Positions 1 through 17,244 of a stretch of DNA of 64,000 bases are shown here, in pieces; position 1 is the stretch's first letter; every line of letters starts with the position of its first letter. The DNA is from the human T2T-CHM13v2.0 reference genome, Homo sapiens: the NCBI RefSeq assembly GCF_009914755.1, contig NC_060931.1. One strand, given 5' to 3'. Made by a program: the position numbers and the translations under genes. A model generated the notes under the pieces. That model did no database searches, was not told the origin of the DNA, and saw only the letters and a program-made list of their open reading frames with translations.

Positions 1-444
1 TGCTGCTGCTGAAAGCTGGAAATATGTGGCTGAGTGAGAGTTCTCAGCAGAGGGGCATCTAGAAAGCCTCACAGGGGTGCTTTAGACTGGCTTCTGTGCT
101 CAGCCTCTGGCCATGCTCAGTCCCGTGTCCTGCCTGCCTTTCCTCCCTCCTTCTGCTCACAATTTCTGCTTTTCTTTGTCACTTCTGCTGCTTCTCTTGG
201 GTTACCTTTTATTCCTTCTAGCTTTCTGTCTGCATTCCTGGGCCTCCTGTGTCTCTCTGTCTCTCACTTTCTCTCCATTACTGCTTTTCTAACACCTCGC
301 CTCTCTGGTTTTGTGTTTCTCGCATCCACACTGGCTCTCTCCTGTGAACCTTGGCCTTTCTTTATCTCTGACCACAAAGGTACATAGGGCTTAACACAGA
401 AACGATGAAAGGAAACTTAAGGGATTAGAATGTAACACTAACAA

Positions 445-835
445 CATCTGCTACAGCAAGGTCACGCTGAAGTCACCAATAACTCAAATCTTTCAACGGC
501 TTTTAACAACTATGTTTGTTTCTCACTCATGCCATGCGCCCATCACTAGCCAGGAAGTAGACTCTGCTCATTATTATACTGTAGGGACTGGAGCAGTAGA
601 AAGCTCCCTTTAAACACATTCTTCCATGATCTCAGATGTGGAGAAAAAGGGAATGTGACTCAAATGCCAACCCTTAAAGCTCTTGCTATGAAGTGACTCT
701 CATTACTTCTACCCATATCTCACTGGCTGAAGAAAATCACTCGACCACTCCTGAATTAATGGAGCAAAAATATGTGATATTCCCACTGGGAGGGTCACCT
801 CCAGGAAGGACAACAAATATGAGTGAACAATTATT
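445..835 (-). mobile_element. Old MaLR LTR remnant (MLT1J/K-like)
   Basis: Resembles the recalled MLT1 antisense pattern (caaatctttcaacggcttttaacaac...tttctcactcatgc; gtgactctcattacttctacccatatctcactggc). Boundaries approximate. Confidence 0.5.
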
Positions 836-1009
836 TGTCCATTATAAACGTCTGGGTTTCTGTTTGTTTGTTTGTTTTACTTATTCTCTTCCTCATGAAT
901 TTTGGGTTTAGCTTATCAAATAATGTAAGTAATTTCAGTTTCACAGTTTCTGTCACTGCTGAGCTACAGAATATCTGAAACAGTCATAGCATTACTATTC
1001 TTGGCATGA

Positions 1010-1185
1010 TATAGAGGGAAAGGACAGTGTGTGAAGTGGGTGAAATCAGAGCTTCGGTCTCAGGCCCCAACATGTGATGACTGAGAAACACTGACATTTA
1101 CTTAAGCTCTGTGAGATTCTACATTGTTATCTAAAAACTGAATATAATAATTCTCCCTCACAGGTTAACTCCAGAATAAATCTGT
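1010..1185 (+). mobile_element. MIR SINE remnant
   Basis: MIR core-like tttacttaagctctgtgag...atctaaaaactgaatataataa. Confidence 0.45.
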
Positions 1186-1422
1186 AGTCATTACATGTGA
1201 TTTTTTTCTCCTATGTCTCTCATATTCTTCTCATTCAATCAGCAAGATATCTTTTATATAATCAATATAAATCAATAAGCAATGTAATGATATACAAGTT
1301 TGGATTATGTTTAGGTTGGTGAGACAAAATGACATAAAAATTAAGAGCAGAGTCTTTGGGATCAGATCTGATTCAAATTCAAACTCTACCATGCAGTAGC
1401 TGGTGTTAGTAGCTACTATCAA

Positions 1423-1755
<333 letters not shown>

Positions 1756-2240
1756 TGAAAGCCATTCCAGCCAGGTGCAGGAGACATCCCTATTTGTCAT
1801 TTGTCTACCATTGCAGCCCATATCATTCACGATTTATTTGCCTTGCTCCACCCCTTCCTTACTCTGAAAAATTAGAATATTAATAGAAAACAGGTTTTAG
1901 GATCAGTTTTTATATCACACAAACATTTACTAATGCTTTGAGCTCAGATATGTAGGAATATTTATGTAAAGAAAAACATAAGTTGTATAACCCTTACCAA
2001 ATTTTCCAAGAGTCTTGGATTCTTTTACCAAGAAAAACCTCACAGATAAAGAAACTTTTTAAAAAGTCTTGCTTTTTTTGTTAAAATAAATTTTTCTCTA
2101 ATTTTTGAGAGCTAAATGGTTAACTGAAAAATAAGCATTCATTAACAGAATGTGTTACACAAAAATTTATCACACATTTTAAGAGACGTATTACGATATA
2201 TGCAAAAATCAAGACTGTGCTGTGTGGTTTTTAAGCTTAG

Positions 2241-3204
<964 letters not shown>

Positions 3205-4570
3205 GCACAAGTACTGTGTATCATCTTTGTGCATAAAATGGGTGCCCCTTTCCATCAGGTAGATGCAGCTCCTTCAGCCCCCATGTGCCCCTTCAGTCTC
3301 TCCATCACCACCTTTGTACAGTCTACAAGCCACACAATTTTACTCAGGGGCCCTAATTCAGCTCCTATCTCCATCCACCACCAGGCAAGTGCCCTCTTGC
3401 TAGACTCTTCAATTCTCCAGGTGACCCACATCAATTCTCAAGAAAACTATTTTCTGTCTGATTCCAGCCTACAGGTATTATCATGTGAGATAATTTCTTC
3501 CTCCAATCTGTCTGAAAATCTAGCAGTTACATATTTCTGTGCATTAATAGGGAGCTACCCCATCCCCTGATTTGTTAGTAAGTCAGAATTGAGGGAGGAA
3601 ACTCCCACTCTCAACTCTGCCAGCAGTGAAAATCTGCAGAGATGTCATAGAAGACAGCTGGAGATTGGGGCAGAAAAGCCCCCAGTCAGAGGATATCTGG
3701 CTTTGGGAGGCAGAGCACATCATGAAAACAAAGGATTCCTGTAGCATATAAAGAAAAAATTCAGGCATCTAGAGTGAGCCATTCAATCCTTCCTTACCTC
3801 CTTCCTTTACCATGAACAAAACGAGATGAGTTAAATAGTTGCCAAAAATTTGATCATAAATTTTCTTCTGTCCCTACCACCAAACATGTTCAAACATTCC
3901 ATCCACCCCTTTCTAAACATATTGTCCTCGTGCCACTCCAAGTTGGCTTTATGCCAAAATGTAGAGAAAAAGAGTTGCTTTGTAGTAGCAATGGGCCAAG
4001 ATTAGATATGGCACATCCAAGAAAAAGAGTACACCAGGGAGTAATCTGTGTCTCACCTAATGGCCAGGCACAGCTTTATGAGATTGAGTCTAATAATGCA
4101 AGTCAAAATGTCAACATATCCCAGGAAACAGTAGGGCAGATCTGAGCAGAGGTGCTGACATTTTTATTGTAGTCCCTGGACTCTCTTCCTCTTCTGGAAA
4201 TGCACATTCAGAGATGATTACAGTGCAATCTAACGCCCCCAGGAACATATACAGCTCCTTTCTCAAGCTCTTCCCCGACTTCAGGCATTTTCTTCTTCAG
4301 ATTTTCAAAAACAAAACAATAATTTTATTACAAAACAACTGAAACAAGAAGTAGCTCAGATTATCAGTTACTGATAAGCAGGTTGGTTTTTATGTTTGTG
4401 TATTTTGCCCACTTCCAAGGGCCTGAGTGTGATAATTACATATGGTTTGATGATGAAAATAAAGATGCTTTAGCTTAGATATTTGTTAGTATTTTCCAGA
4501 TTACCTTAGAATCCATGAGGACTGGCCCACCTAAAACTGATTTAGGTCAGTAAATCTGACCTGTAAGAAG

Positions 4571-5010
4571 GTTCAGAAAGGGGGTCAACAGGAAAATAAA
4601 CAGGAAAACTACCTTGTTTTATTCTGCTGCCCAAATTTGCTTGGGTTTCACGTAGAGAAACAAGCAGCTGTCATAGTCAATCACCACACAGGTGAAATGG
4701 GAGGCATGAGTGGAGAAGGATTATTTTTTGGCCAGAGGCTGAGGGGATACTGGAGTAGGAATCAATCTGGATCAAAGAAGCAATAACAATGGAAATGTCC
4801 ATTAATAGACTGTGTGAAAAGATGAAGAGTTGACTGAGGAAGAAATCCCCGGGAGACTGAAGACTTCATCAATTCAACCATGTAAATGACTGCATTTCCC
4901 ATTAATCTCATCAAGTGAAAGAAGAAGTTAACCAAAAGGAAATGGGGCAGTTCCTCAAAGCCTGGGAAGCCCAGGAGACAGAATTGAGTGGCACTAGAGT
5001 AGTTCCCCTC
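4571..5010 (-). pseudogene. OR9P1P: OR9-family olfactory receptor pseudogene with large internal deletion (probably OR9P1P)
   Basis: Hand translation of the minus strand gives GNYSSATQFCLLGFPGFEELPHFLLVNFFFHLMRLMGNAVI / LQSPGDFFLSQL / LMDISIVIASLIQIDSY / IPSASGQK / SFSTHASHFTCVVIDYDSCLFLYVKPKQIWAAE*NKVVFLFIFLLTPFLN. No start ATG, several frameshifts, TAA at 4619-4621. The symbol is inferred from position next to OR6V1. Confidence 0.85.
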
Positions 5011-5270
5011 GCTGTTTCAATCCTAGCTCTTTCTCTCTGGGAAGGCTAGAAAGGAAACAAGAATTAACATTGCTCCACATGCCTTTAATCCCAAAGGAAA
5101 TAAGGACAGATTTAGGATTATGCTCCTGGATTATGGAGCCTGCTCTATGTTATGATCATTTAACCGAGTTGACGCTACATATTTATTAAGGAATGAACAC
5201 AATTGTGTAAAGATGAATGGATCTGGTCAAATAAGTGGTTCACCAGGCACCAAAGCTGCATGGTAGTCAT

Positions 5271-6255
<985 letters not shown>

Positions 6256-7718
6256 TCTTCTTTGCTTTCAATGGGTCAGCTCCAAATCTCAGTTCCAAGC
6301 TCAAGTCCTACAGAAAGATTGCCTGGTCAACCCCTCCAGCCCTGGTTATTCTTAACCTCAGGGCCCATCTGTACTACCTTCATTGCACAGCTTTTCCTTG
6401 AAATCTTTGAGTCATTATTTCTGTCTCAGTGTGGGTGGGGTTGCACTGGGTATCATGCATAAGGTTTAAATGTCTCTGAGATGAAAGACTGTGACTCAGA
6501 GTTTACTAGGGAGCTGGAAGCTTGGAGTGGCCTCCCCATATTCCCTTTACCTTTGTCCCCAGGGTGTGTATCTTCTCACAGGAGCCAGATCCCAAGATGT
6601 GTCCACCAAGGGCCCTGCCTCTGGAGGCAGATATCTGTTTGATTCCCAGACTTCTCCAAATGATACTTTCTTTGGAGAATTTTAACAAGAGGCTGCTATG
6701 GTCCAGGGCCTCCATTCCCTGCCTCCCTAGATCCCTAAACCCTGGATCCACTTGGAGATTTTGTCTGCAAATGGAAACTCTGGATCCAGCCCTGGCTAGG
6801 TACCCAGGCTGTCATAATTTTAGTCCAGCTGGGAAAATTCCTTTGTGTTTTTTCCATGATCTCATATTTTTTCCATGGTCCTGGGAGGAGGGGAAGGGCC
6901 AGGAGACAGGCACTGCCGAGGTGCTGATCCTAAGCCGTCAGCTGCTTGGGTGTATCTGGGTCTTTATCCATTTCTTTATTCAGATCTTTTTCTCAAATGT
7001 TACTTCCTCAAAACAGAGGACATCTCATTATTCTAAGGAGCAACGTCAGTGCCTCAGAAGTCCCCAGAGGGCTCCTTGGCTTCCTGTCATTCCCACAGAA
7101 AACACTCTGCTGGAGTCTAAGTTTCCCATCCAGCATAAGCTGAACTGTAAACATCATCAAGACACGAAGGACTTGGAGATGTGGATGAGAGAAAGAGCTG
7201 AAAACACTCATCCTTGAGAGAGAATGGACAGAATCAGCACCTTTCCCCTCTGGTCTCCTGAGGGACTTATTTCCCATCTCCCAGCCCCACATCAATGCTG
7301 CTGCCCCTGGCTTTGTAGTGACACAGGGTAGGTGCTGAATTAGAAAATCAGCATAAGGACTGGCAGAGTTTTAGCTCACCCAGCAGTGCCACCTCTTCCA
7401 AGCTGTGCACAAAGCCCCTTTCCACCCTTTCCAGCCGCAAGACACAACCCAAGGGAAAGAGACTGCATCTCTGATGTCATTCATGTTATAGAGTGAGGCC
7501 AGTAGGCAGGTGTCTCCAGGTATGAATGCCTAAGTGAGAGCAGCTTACAAAGAAGACAACAGGCTTGGAGGCTAAGGTGAGGGGGGGAAGTCTGTATGTC
7601 AGTCAGGTTCTCATGCAACACAAACATAAGGACTGGGTTTGAATTTAGTCAGTGCTGGGGTAGATTTTAGGATTTTAGACCTACCGTTAAGGCTTGCCAG
7701 TGGCATGGGTGCAAGGCT

Positions 7719-7720
<2 letters not shown>

Positions 7721-7753
<33 letters not shown>

Positions 7754-8047
7754 TTTTTTATTGTTTTTGAGATGGAGTCTAGCTTTGTCATCCAGGCTGG
7801 AGTGTATTGGCATGATCTCAGCTCACTGCAATCCCACATCCCAGGTTCAAGTGATTCTCCTACCTCAGCCTCCCAAGTAGCTGGGATTACAAGTGCCCGC
7901 CACCATGCCCAGCTAATTTTTGTATTTTTAGTAGAGACGGGGTTTCACTGTGTTGGCCAGGCTGGTCTTGAACTCCTGACCTCGTGATCCGCCCACCTCA
8001 GCCTGCCAAACAGCTGGGATTACAAGCGTGAGCTACCGCGCCTGGCC
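7721..8047 (-). mobile_element. Alu (AluSg-like) with (ATTT)n tail and 14-bp TSD
   Basis: TSD gggtgcaaggcttt at 7707-7720 and 8048-8061. Confidence 0.95.
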
Positions 8048-8369
8048 GGGTGCAAGGCTTTTTAAAATTAGAATGTCATTGCTGTGTGGCCAGGACACAA
8101 CCCCAAATGAAGCATTTATGGGGCTGGAGAAAGGGCCAGAGTATATCTACACACAGCTTCACTCCTTCCACTCCTGACAGTTTGTGTTGTAAATACTTTG
8201 TTTGTGTTTGAAATGTTTTAAAGTACCCTTTTAGTGAACTGAAATTCCAAGAAACAGTGTAAAGCTGTAAAGATCTTCACACACACACATGCTGGCAATG
8301 AGAAGAAGTGTAGAGAGATGATGGGCAAAAAAAATTTGAGTTCTATTGACGGTCTAACAATAAGAACAG

Positions 8370-8620
8370 TGATAACAATAACAACAACGATTTGTTGGCT
8401 AGTATGTGCTAGTCACTGCACTAAGTAGTTTACTTATTTAATTTTATAATCACCATAGAGGCTAAGTACCAGTAATACCATTATTTTACAGCTGAATAAA
8501 CGGGCTCAGAGAGAGTAAGTAACAAAGAAGAGCAGATTTACGGCCCGTGACAAGCAAGTCTAGAGCCAGAATTCAAACACAGGCAAGCCAACTCCATAGC
8601 TTACACTTTGCACCACGGCG
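8370..8620 (-). mobile_element. MIR SINE remnant
   Basis: ccattattttacagctgaataaacgggctcagagag...gaattcaaacacaggc matches antisense MIR core. Confidence 0.7.
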
Positions 8621-9120
8621 GGAGGGGAAGTGCAATGGAGACGGCAAAGCAGCACCCTTGGGTAGACAGATTATGCCGTTGGGAAGCCTGATGACTGTGT
8701 GTGTCCTGGGAGAGCAGCCACTTGGATTTCCAGGCTCGCTCCCTGACCTGCTGCACCCTTTCTGCTCTCCATCTTTGCAAACACGAAGCAGAGGTCTCCT
8801 CTAAAGGAAGTTAATTTCTGGACTCAAAACTCTGACTTTCACTAATTTCATGATCATAGCCGGAGAAATGTGCACAAGCGAGGGTCCTCAGAGAGGCAGC
8901 TCAGAAAGGTTTGCAGGGACCCTTTAAAAAGGGTCTTGGGGCACAACCTCTGGGTGTGACATAGACGGATTAGCCTACATTTGGGGGCTTCTGGGTCACA
9001 TGCACTAATGCTCTCTCTCCCTCTCTTTTTCTGTGTTCCTCCCCTTCCTGTATTTCTCTATTTGAATTTTTTCTGTTCTTTCTCTGGTCCTCTGTTGTTT
9101 CCTTCTTGTTTTCTCCCTAA

Positions 9121-10705
<1,585 letters not shown>

Positions 10706-11239
10706 TGAGCCCAGGGCCCAGGGGAACCTGGCCTGCCTCCATTGAGCAGTTCTGTGGGGAGGGAGACCTCCAGCAAGTGGGAAGAACACTGCTGAGTTTC
10801 TTTAGTTTTTTTCCCTCTGAGCAATAACTACAGTGAGCCCTGAGTGCTGCACTGTCTGGCCCAAAGCTCTTATGGACCACCATGGAAGAGTTCCCTACAT
10901 CCCCTGGCAGCCGTAAGAACTCTGAGAGTAGCCCAGAGCTTTCAGTAAAGGGAAGTGCATGTGCTTTGCATTTAAGGAAGAGCAGCCAAGAAGTGCTCTA
11001 TGATCAAGAGGTAGTGTCCAATCCCAGTATGTGTGCATGGGTGTGTATGTGTGTACATATGTGTGTATGCGTGTGCATGTTCCGGGTGTGCTTCTCTATC
11101 ACAGTATGCACTGCTGCTGAGTGTATGCACCATAAGTGCTTGGGCTACATGGGATCAAGAGAAGAAGCAAAACTTACCAAAAACAAACTGATTGTTTTTC
11201 AATGTGTGTGTGAGTGTTGGGAGGAGGACTGGGTCCTTG

Positions 11240-11570
11240 TATAATTATTCATCCATTTATTCATTCATTTCTTCAACATTGAGTAGGCTGTGTGTGTCAG
11301 GCACTGTAACAGGTAGAGGGTAGAAAGGTAAAAAAGGCATAAATGGTTCTTAACCTGACAAAGCTCTTGGCCTAAGGAAGGAAAAAGTGATAAATAGCTG
11401 TTTCCAGCACAGTGGGGAACGTGCAACAGTGGATTCACAGACGGTATTATGAGCACACAGGGGAGCAACACTGAGACCAGGAGGAGGCTCAGCGACGGCT
11501 TCCTGACAAGATGACACCTGAGTAGCACATTGACTATAAGGTGGACACTGTGAGAGTGCAATTCATCAGG
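11240..11570 (-). mobile_element. L2 LINE 3' fragment
   Basis: attcatccatttattcattcatt...caacattgagt...tgtcaggcactg is the typical antisense L2 tail. Confidence 0.65.
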
Positions 11571-13284
11571 TACCTTTGCATCAGAGAAAGATGAAACAGA
11601 GAGAAATTAAAACAAGATAAATCTCCGCTAGTGAGGAATTATGTGGTTTCCAGAGAGGAAATATTCAGAGTTTTAGAAAGACAAAATAAACTTTGCTCCT
11701 GTATGATTAGAAACATTCATTTGCCTAAAGGCAAGGGATTGTAATAAACCTAGTAAGTTCACTTATTCAGTGATTATATATCCTATTTTACACACATACA
11801 TATTATATTGTACATTACATAAAATATGAACATTATATTACATTCACATACGTGTGGGTATAAAATTCTTGAAAATCTATTATGTCCCATGCTGCCTTTG
11901 GAGTTAAACATCAGCTCCACTGTCCTCCCTCCTCCAACTATAGCCTGAAATTTTTAAAATCTTCCAGTTACTTTGACCTCAGGATCATGGTGTTCCCTTA
12001 GCTTTTGCCCATGCAGAATTTTCTAAAGTAGCCCCAATTTAAGTTGTTTTGACACACTGTTTCTGTAAGTACACTTTAATTTACCAAACTCCATATCCCA
12101 ATTTGTGATATATAAACTACAACCAGGAGTTTATTCGTAGCTACACTTACTTGAAAACAATAAAACTACTAATTTATCACAAATGTCAAGCATTTAAAAA
12201 ATCCACTATGTGGAAATGAATGAGGTAAGCTCATTTGGAGCTTGAGAGATGCAGCTTGCTTACCAACCCATTGGTTCTCCTTGTGACCTCCTCTTACCCC
12301 AAGCTAACTCCTTCCTAAACGAGGCATCCCTTTCTCTGGCTTTCTGAAAGTGTCTTTCTTTCTTGCTGAGATACCCCTTAGCCAAGTCGGAGGGTCTTTT
12401 CACATTCCCAGTTTCAGTTTCTGGACCAAAATTTTGCTTGTTCTTTAATTACATAACAGAGCAATGATTCTGTTGTTTGCAGTTGCTATTGAATGAATTG
12501 ATGTTTTTTTCCTCTGTTTATTCTCTGCTTGCTACCTAGAAAAGTATTTGTAGAGTAAATGAAAGAAGGATGAGTAAATTAAGAATAATTCTACTAACAA
12601 TATCTTACTTTTGTATACTTTTCATACTTTATGAACCACTTTTACATATATTTTCCATTTGGTTTTACCCTCATAGTAATTCAGTTAAATAAATATTCAC
12701 TGATCACCCATCATGAGCAAAACACTCCACTCAGCAGTGGCTGTTAAAGATGAAAGAAATGAGGAGTCTGACCTCAAGGGGTTCCATGTACTGAGAGAAA
12801 TTTAAAAGTGTGGTTAATTTCAATAAGGTGTTTTCCTATAGAGTATGAGAGCTCGGAAGGAAAATTTCTGATTCTGAAACTGCAGCAAGCGGTGTTCCCG
12901 ACCCGCTTTAGCGGGTAAGGGAAACATGGCTGAGAGGAAGAATGAGTTGGTCAAAGAAATTGCAGAACCGACAGCAGGATCTGGTTCTTCAAACCTTTTT
13001 TTCCATCTCCCCATCTTTGGAATTTTCTTCTTCCATCTGAATTAAAAGTTGGGTTAATTCAAAGTTGGAACCTCCAGGATCTGAAGCTGCTCAGTTTTGC
13101 CTCCTCTAGACCCTTACTGAGCACATATCTATCAAGATTCTACAAGTTTGTAGATTTGTAATGGCAACAATTCTAGTAACCCCTTCCTCACAGTAATTGC
13201 ACATTTAGTATCCATCACTTGAAAGAAACACATATTGGCAGAAAGCAAGTATAGATTCAATGTTACTTTTAAAGATTTGTGTTT

Positions 13285-13729
13285 CAATATCAAAGGCATA
13301 GAAGCAACCTAGATGCCCATCAATGGTGGACTGGATAAAGAAAATGTGGTACATATACACTATGGAATACTATGCAGCCATAAAAAAGAGTGAGGGCATG
13401 TCCTTTGCAGCAACTCAGATGGAGCTGGAAGCCATTTTCCTAAGCAAATTAAGACAGAAACAAAAAACCAAATACCACATCTTCTCTTATAAATGGGAGC
13501 TAAATATTGAGTATACATGGACACAAAGAAGGGTATAATAGACACTGGAACCTACTTTAGGATGGAGGGAGGGAGGAGGGTGAGGATTGAAAAACTATCA
13601 GGTATTATGCTGATTACTTGGGTGACAAAGCTATCTGTACACCAAACCTCAGCAACATGCAATTTACCCAGGTAACAAACTTGCACATGTACCCCTTGAA
13701 CCCAGAATAAAAGTTGGAAAGAAGGAAAA
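13285..13729 (+). mobile_element. 5'-truncated L1 3' end (older L1PA/L1PB)
   Basis: Encodes [19 protein letters not shown], then L1 3'UTR and aataaa. TSD aaagatttgtRttt at 13271-13284 and 13730-13743. Confidence 0.9.
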
Positions 13730-14563
13730 AAAGATTTGTATTTTATTTATCACCACTGTTTCCACAAACATTTGAAATAGAGCAAATAATACCTACACAT
13801 GTAAGATATTTTTATTTTGAATAAATATTTTGATTCTGTTCATATACAATGTTAATTATACAGTGGATTCACAGTCCCTTTGCTATGACATCATTTTCCC
13901 TGGGAGGTGAGAACAGTTGATGTGGTTGTTTGTCTATGTAAGGTTGTTGGATGTAGATGCACAGATGGCAACAGCCTTTCCACTTCATAGAAGTGGCTTA
14001 CACTGGAACCTAATTTCAGGGTGGTAGGAGGGCAAGGTTGCTTTCAATACCCAGAACTAATTTAAGTGTGGGCGAAATCATGACAGGATTTCGTGAAACT
14101 AAAATGTTTTCCCTGGCCCCAAATATCCTCCCACACACCCTTCATTTGTCTGGCATCCTAGTTCTAAATGGCTAACCCAAGAATCCATTCTCACACATGT
14201 ATATCCCAGTGGGAAGCCAAAAAAATGGATTTATTTCTTCCAGTTGGGAGGATTAGAGAGCAAGAAATTGAAGGTATGAAAGTTTTTGAAGAAGGAAGAC
14301 AAAGGCATATAATCACTTTTCAAAGGAAAGTCAGGCCTGGGTCTTGCGGTGGTTGGTAGCAACATCAAGACCCTGCACAGATGGGATTTTAGGAGTGGTG
14401 AGGTGTAAAACCCTCTGGGTCAAACTAAGAAAATGTCAGTGTTGCCTACAGTGGACTAGATTCATATCAATCTAATTCACTAATTCTTTCAGCACTAGGT
14501 TTTCTGATGTACATATGTTTTTTCAACAATGCCTGACGGGTACTGAGGAATGGTGGTCGTGGC

Positions 14564-14920
14564 TCAGTGGTCTGATAGTAAATGTTTAGCCACCTCTCTC
14601 CATTTGCTGACTTCTAGCATTTGCCAACTTCCTGGTGTCAATATTTTCACCATGTCCAGTTTTAAGCTACCGAGATGACATCTGAAGTTGGAGTTACGGA
14701 AAGATGCCCCACCATGCAGCCCCATATAGTATTTCCACCACACTGAGACAGGTGGCCTAAATAACCTCAATCTCATGGACAAAAGTAAAATATAGCAAAG
14801 TAATTAGGAGTTTTGAATATGAATCACCTTTGTTTTTAGCATAACTTATTTGATTTTGAGTTTCTGTTATCTAATTTTTTTTATCATGCCTGTATTTAAT
14901 TCCTGCCAATTTAACGGTCG
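14564..14920. mobile_element. hAT-type DNA transposon remnant (MER63-like)
   Basis: gtaaatgtttagccacc...ttttaagctacc...gagttacggaaagatg resembles recalled MER63. Confidence 0.5.
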
Positions 14921-14925
14921 ATTTC

Positions 14926-15482
14926 CAGACATTTCCATACGTCCTCTGAAATCTAGGCAGAGGTTCCCAAAGCTCAACTCTTGTCTTCTGCCACATCACG
15001 TGGAAGCTGCCAATGCTTGGGGTTTGCACCCTCTGAAGCAATGAACTGAGCTGTACCTTCTTTCCTTTTAGCCATGACTGGAGCTGGAGTGGCTGGGATG
15101 CAGGGCACCAAGTCCTGACGCTGTGCAGAGCAGCAGGGCCCTGGGCCTGGCCCATTAACTATTTTTCCCTCCTAGGCCTCTGGGCTGTGATGAAAGAGGC
15201 TGCTGTGAAGGTCTCTGACGTGTTCTGTAAACATTTTCCCTATTGCCTTGGCTACTAACATTTGGGTCCTCATCTCCATCTGAGACCACCTCAGCCTGGA
15301 CTTCATTGTCCATATCACTATCAGCATTTTGGTCAAAATCATTCAACAAGTCTCTAGGAACTTCCAAACTTTCCCATACCTTCCCATCTTCTTCTGAGCC
15401 CTCCAAACTGTTCCAGCCTCTGCCAGTTAGCCAGTTCCAAAGTCCCTTCCACATTCTCAGGAGTCTTGTAGCAATGCCCCAG
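14926..15482 (-). mobile_element. THE1/MST MaLR internal fragment
   Basis: ctctgaaatctaggcagaggttccc...ttttggtcaaaatcattcaacaagtctctaggaacttccaaactttccc. ORF 15155-15520 (TGRGWNSLEGSEED...) is the MaLR-int translation. Confidence 0.85.
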
Positions 15483-16547
15483 TATGGGTTCTCCAGGAGG
15501 CTCCAGAACATCACTAGCATCCTACCTCTGGGTTTCCCTTAGATCCTGCTCCCCAGTCAATGCTGCATTGCTGTCATTCTCCTTCCCTTGAGTTAGACAC
15601 CTGCCAAGTCCTATGGAGGTAAAGCTCATGGAATTGCCCTTATAAGGGAACTTATGAATTATTTTATCTGATAGACACAGGATCCTCCATATATGAGGGG
15701 ACTTGGCTTCTTCACTAGCAGCTGGGCAGCTCACCACTCACACTTGTGTTTCTGCCACTTCCCTCACTCAGTGGACAATTCACCCAGAAGTTCTTGGGTT
15801 ACCCAGCCCTGGGGGTGAGTCCAAAGGACTGTATATGAGGCCCTTGTCCTTGTCATGGAGGAAGTTGGCTGTGATCTAAGGAGAGGGGACATCACAGATT
15901 TCCTTCCCTCTCCTCCACAGACACAGAAGGCAGATCCCCCATTCTCTGCCTCATCCCCATGCCTCCCTTTTGTTGGAGGACCCGACCAAACCAGCCTTAA
16001 AGGGGTATAACATGTGACTAATTCAGCTGCTGGCAGAGAGGGAAATCAAGCATTTCAGAAAAGCTAAGCTCTCTGAACTTACTTAGGTTTTTGCAAAATT
16101 AAAGGCAATACAGTTTCAGTGCTGAAGATAAATAGCACCTTTGGTGACTACAATATGATTGCCCTAGGCAAGCAGAGATTTCTACACTGATGTACACACT
16201 GAAGTTTGTTGTTATCAAATATGCCCTGTTATTTCAGTGAGTACAGCATCTTGCAGAGGACACTTACGGGTCCCCTGGGGGGCTTGGGTCTGATTAGTGA
16301 TGATACCCATGGCCAGTCTCCAGAAATCCACTCATTAATCTCGTCTCTTTAGGCTTTGGTTGTCTACACAATATACCATTTTATGCCTATGTTATTTTAC
16401 ACACTCAGTTGCCTCTCTCAGGAATTCACTTTTCCTCTTCTCAGCCTATAAAACTGTTCTTTGGACCTCAAAAAGTCATTTCAGCTTAACTTTCAACTTA
16501 ATCAAAAGAAATGGGGCATTCCCCAAGAGCTTTGCCTTCAGGAACTC

Positions 16548-17244
16548 AGAGGAAGTCACACTGAGGTTTGATATAAGGATTTCTTCTTAAGATTTGAACC
16601 ATGCAGTGAAGAAAGGGGCTTCCTCCCACAGCTGGGAATGGTCCATCTCTGGACTTGGTTCAATGTAGTTTTGTCTATGTGTGGATTCTGAGCTCCTTAT
16701 GTTAGGTGTCGTGCCTTATAGATCTTTGTTTTTCCTGTACCTAGAATATAGTAGGTGTTCAATAAATGCTAGCTGTCATTAATCATGAGGTTTATGTGAA
16801 TTTGGAACATGAGTTAGCACGATAACCTAAACATGGAATGCCATCTTAGTTGATGGTAAGAAATGCAGTCAACAGAGCAAGAGGAAAGGTTTCCCACTGC
16901 ACTACATCTCAGTTAGTTGTCCACACTAGTACGTCAGTCAGTTCCAAGATGCACCTAACAGGAACCAAACAAAGCAATGCAGAAGGCAAGAGTTCTAGAA
17001 ACGGTTTGATGCAACCTCCTATTTGTAAACCTGAATATTTTGGAGGGGAATGCATAGATATCTTTGCTTACCTGCTAGTCTGCCTGCATAACTGAAAAAG
17101 GCAGAACTGGGACAATGGGTGAAGGTTAGAGGACGTCACATTGAGGTTTGACATAAGGATTTCTTCTTAAAATTTAGAACCATGCAGTGAAGAAAGGGGC
17201 TGCCTCCCACCGCTGGGCATGCTCCATCCCTGGACTTGGTTCAA
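16548..17244 (+). repeat. Dispersed ~116-bp direct duplication (16548-16663 and 17128-17244), L3/CR1-like sequence
   Basis: Both copies read agaggaMgtcacaYtgaggtttgaYataaggatttcttcttaa...gaaccatgcagtgaagaaaggggct...ctggacttggttcaa. Confidence 0.9.

Noticed and set aside
6522-7217. 231-aa ORF with non-ATG start
   Set aside because: No recognisable domain or motif; consistent with a chance ORF.
16265-16340. Second O/E plus homeodomain motif group (tcccctgggg, tgatta, cattaat)
   Set aside because: The motifs are weaker and not in composite spacing, so they cannot be distinguished from chance.
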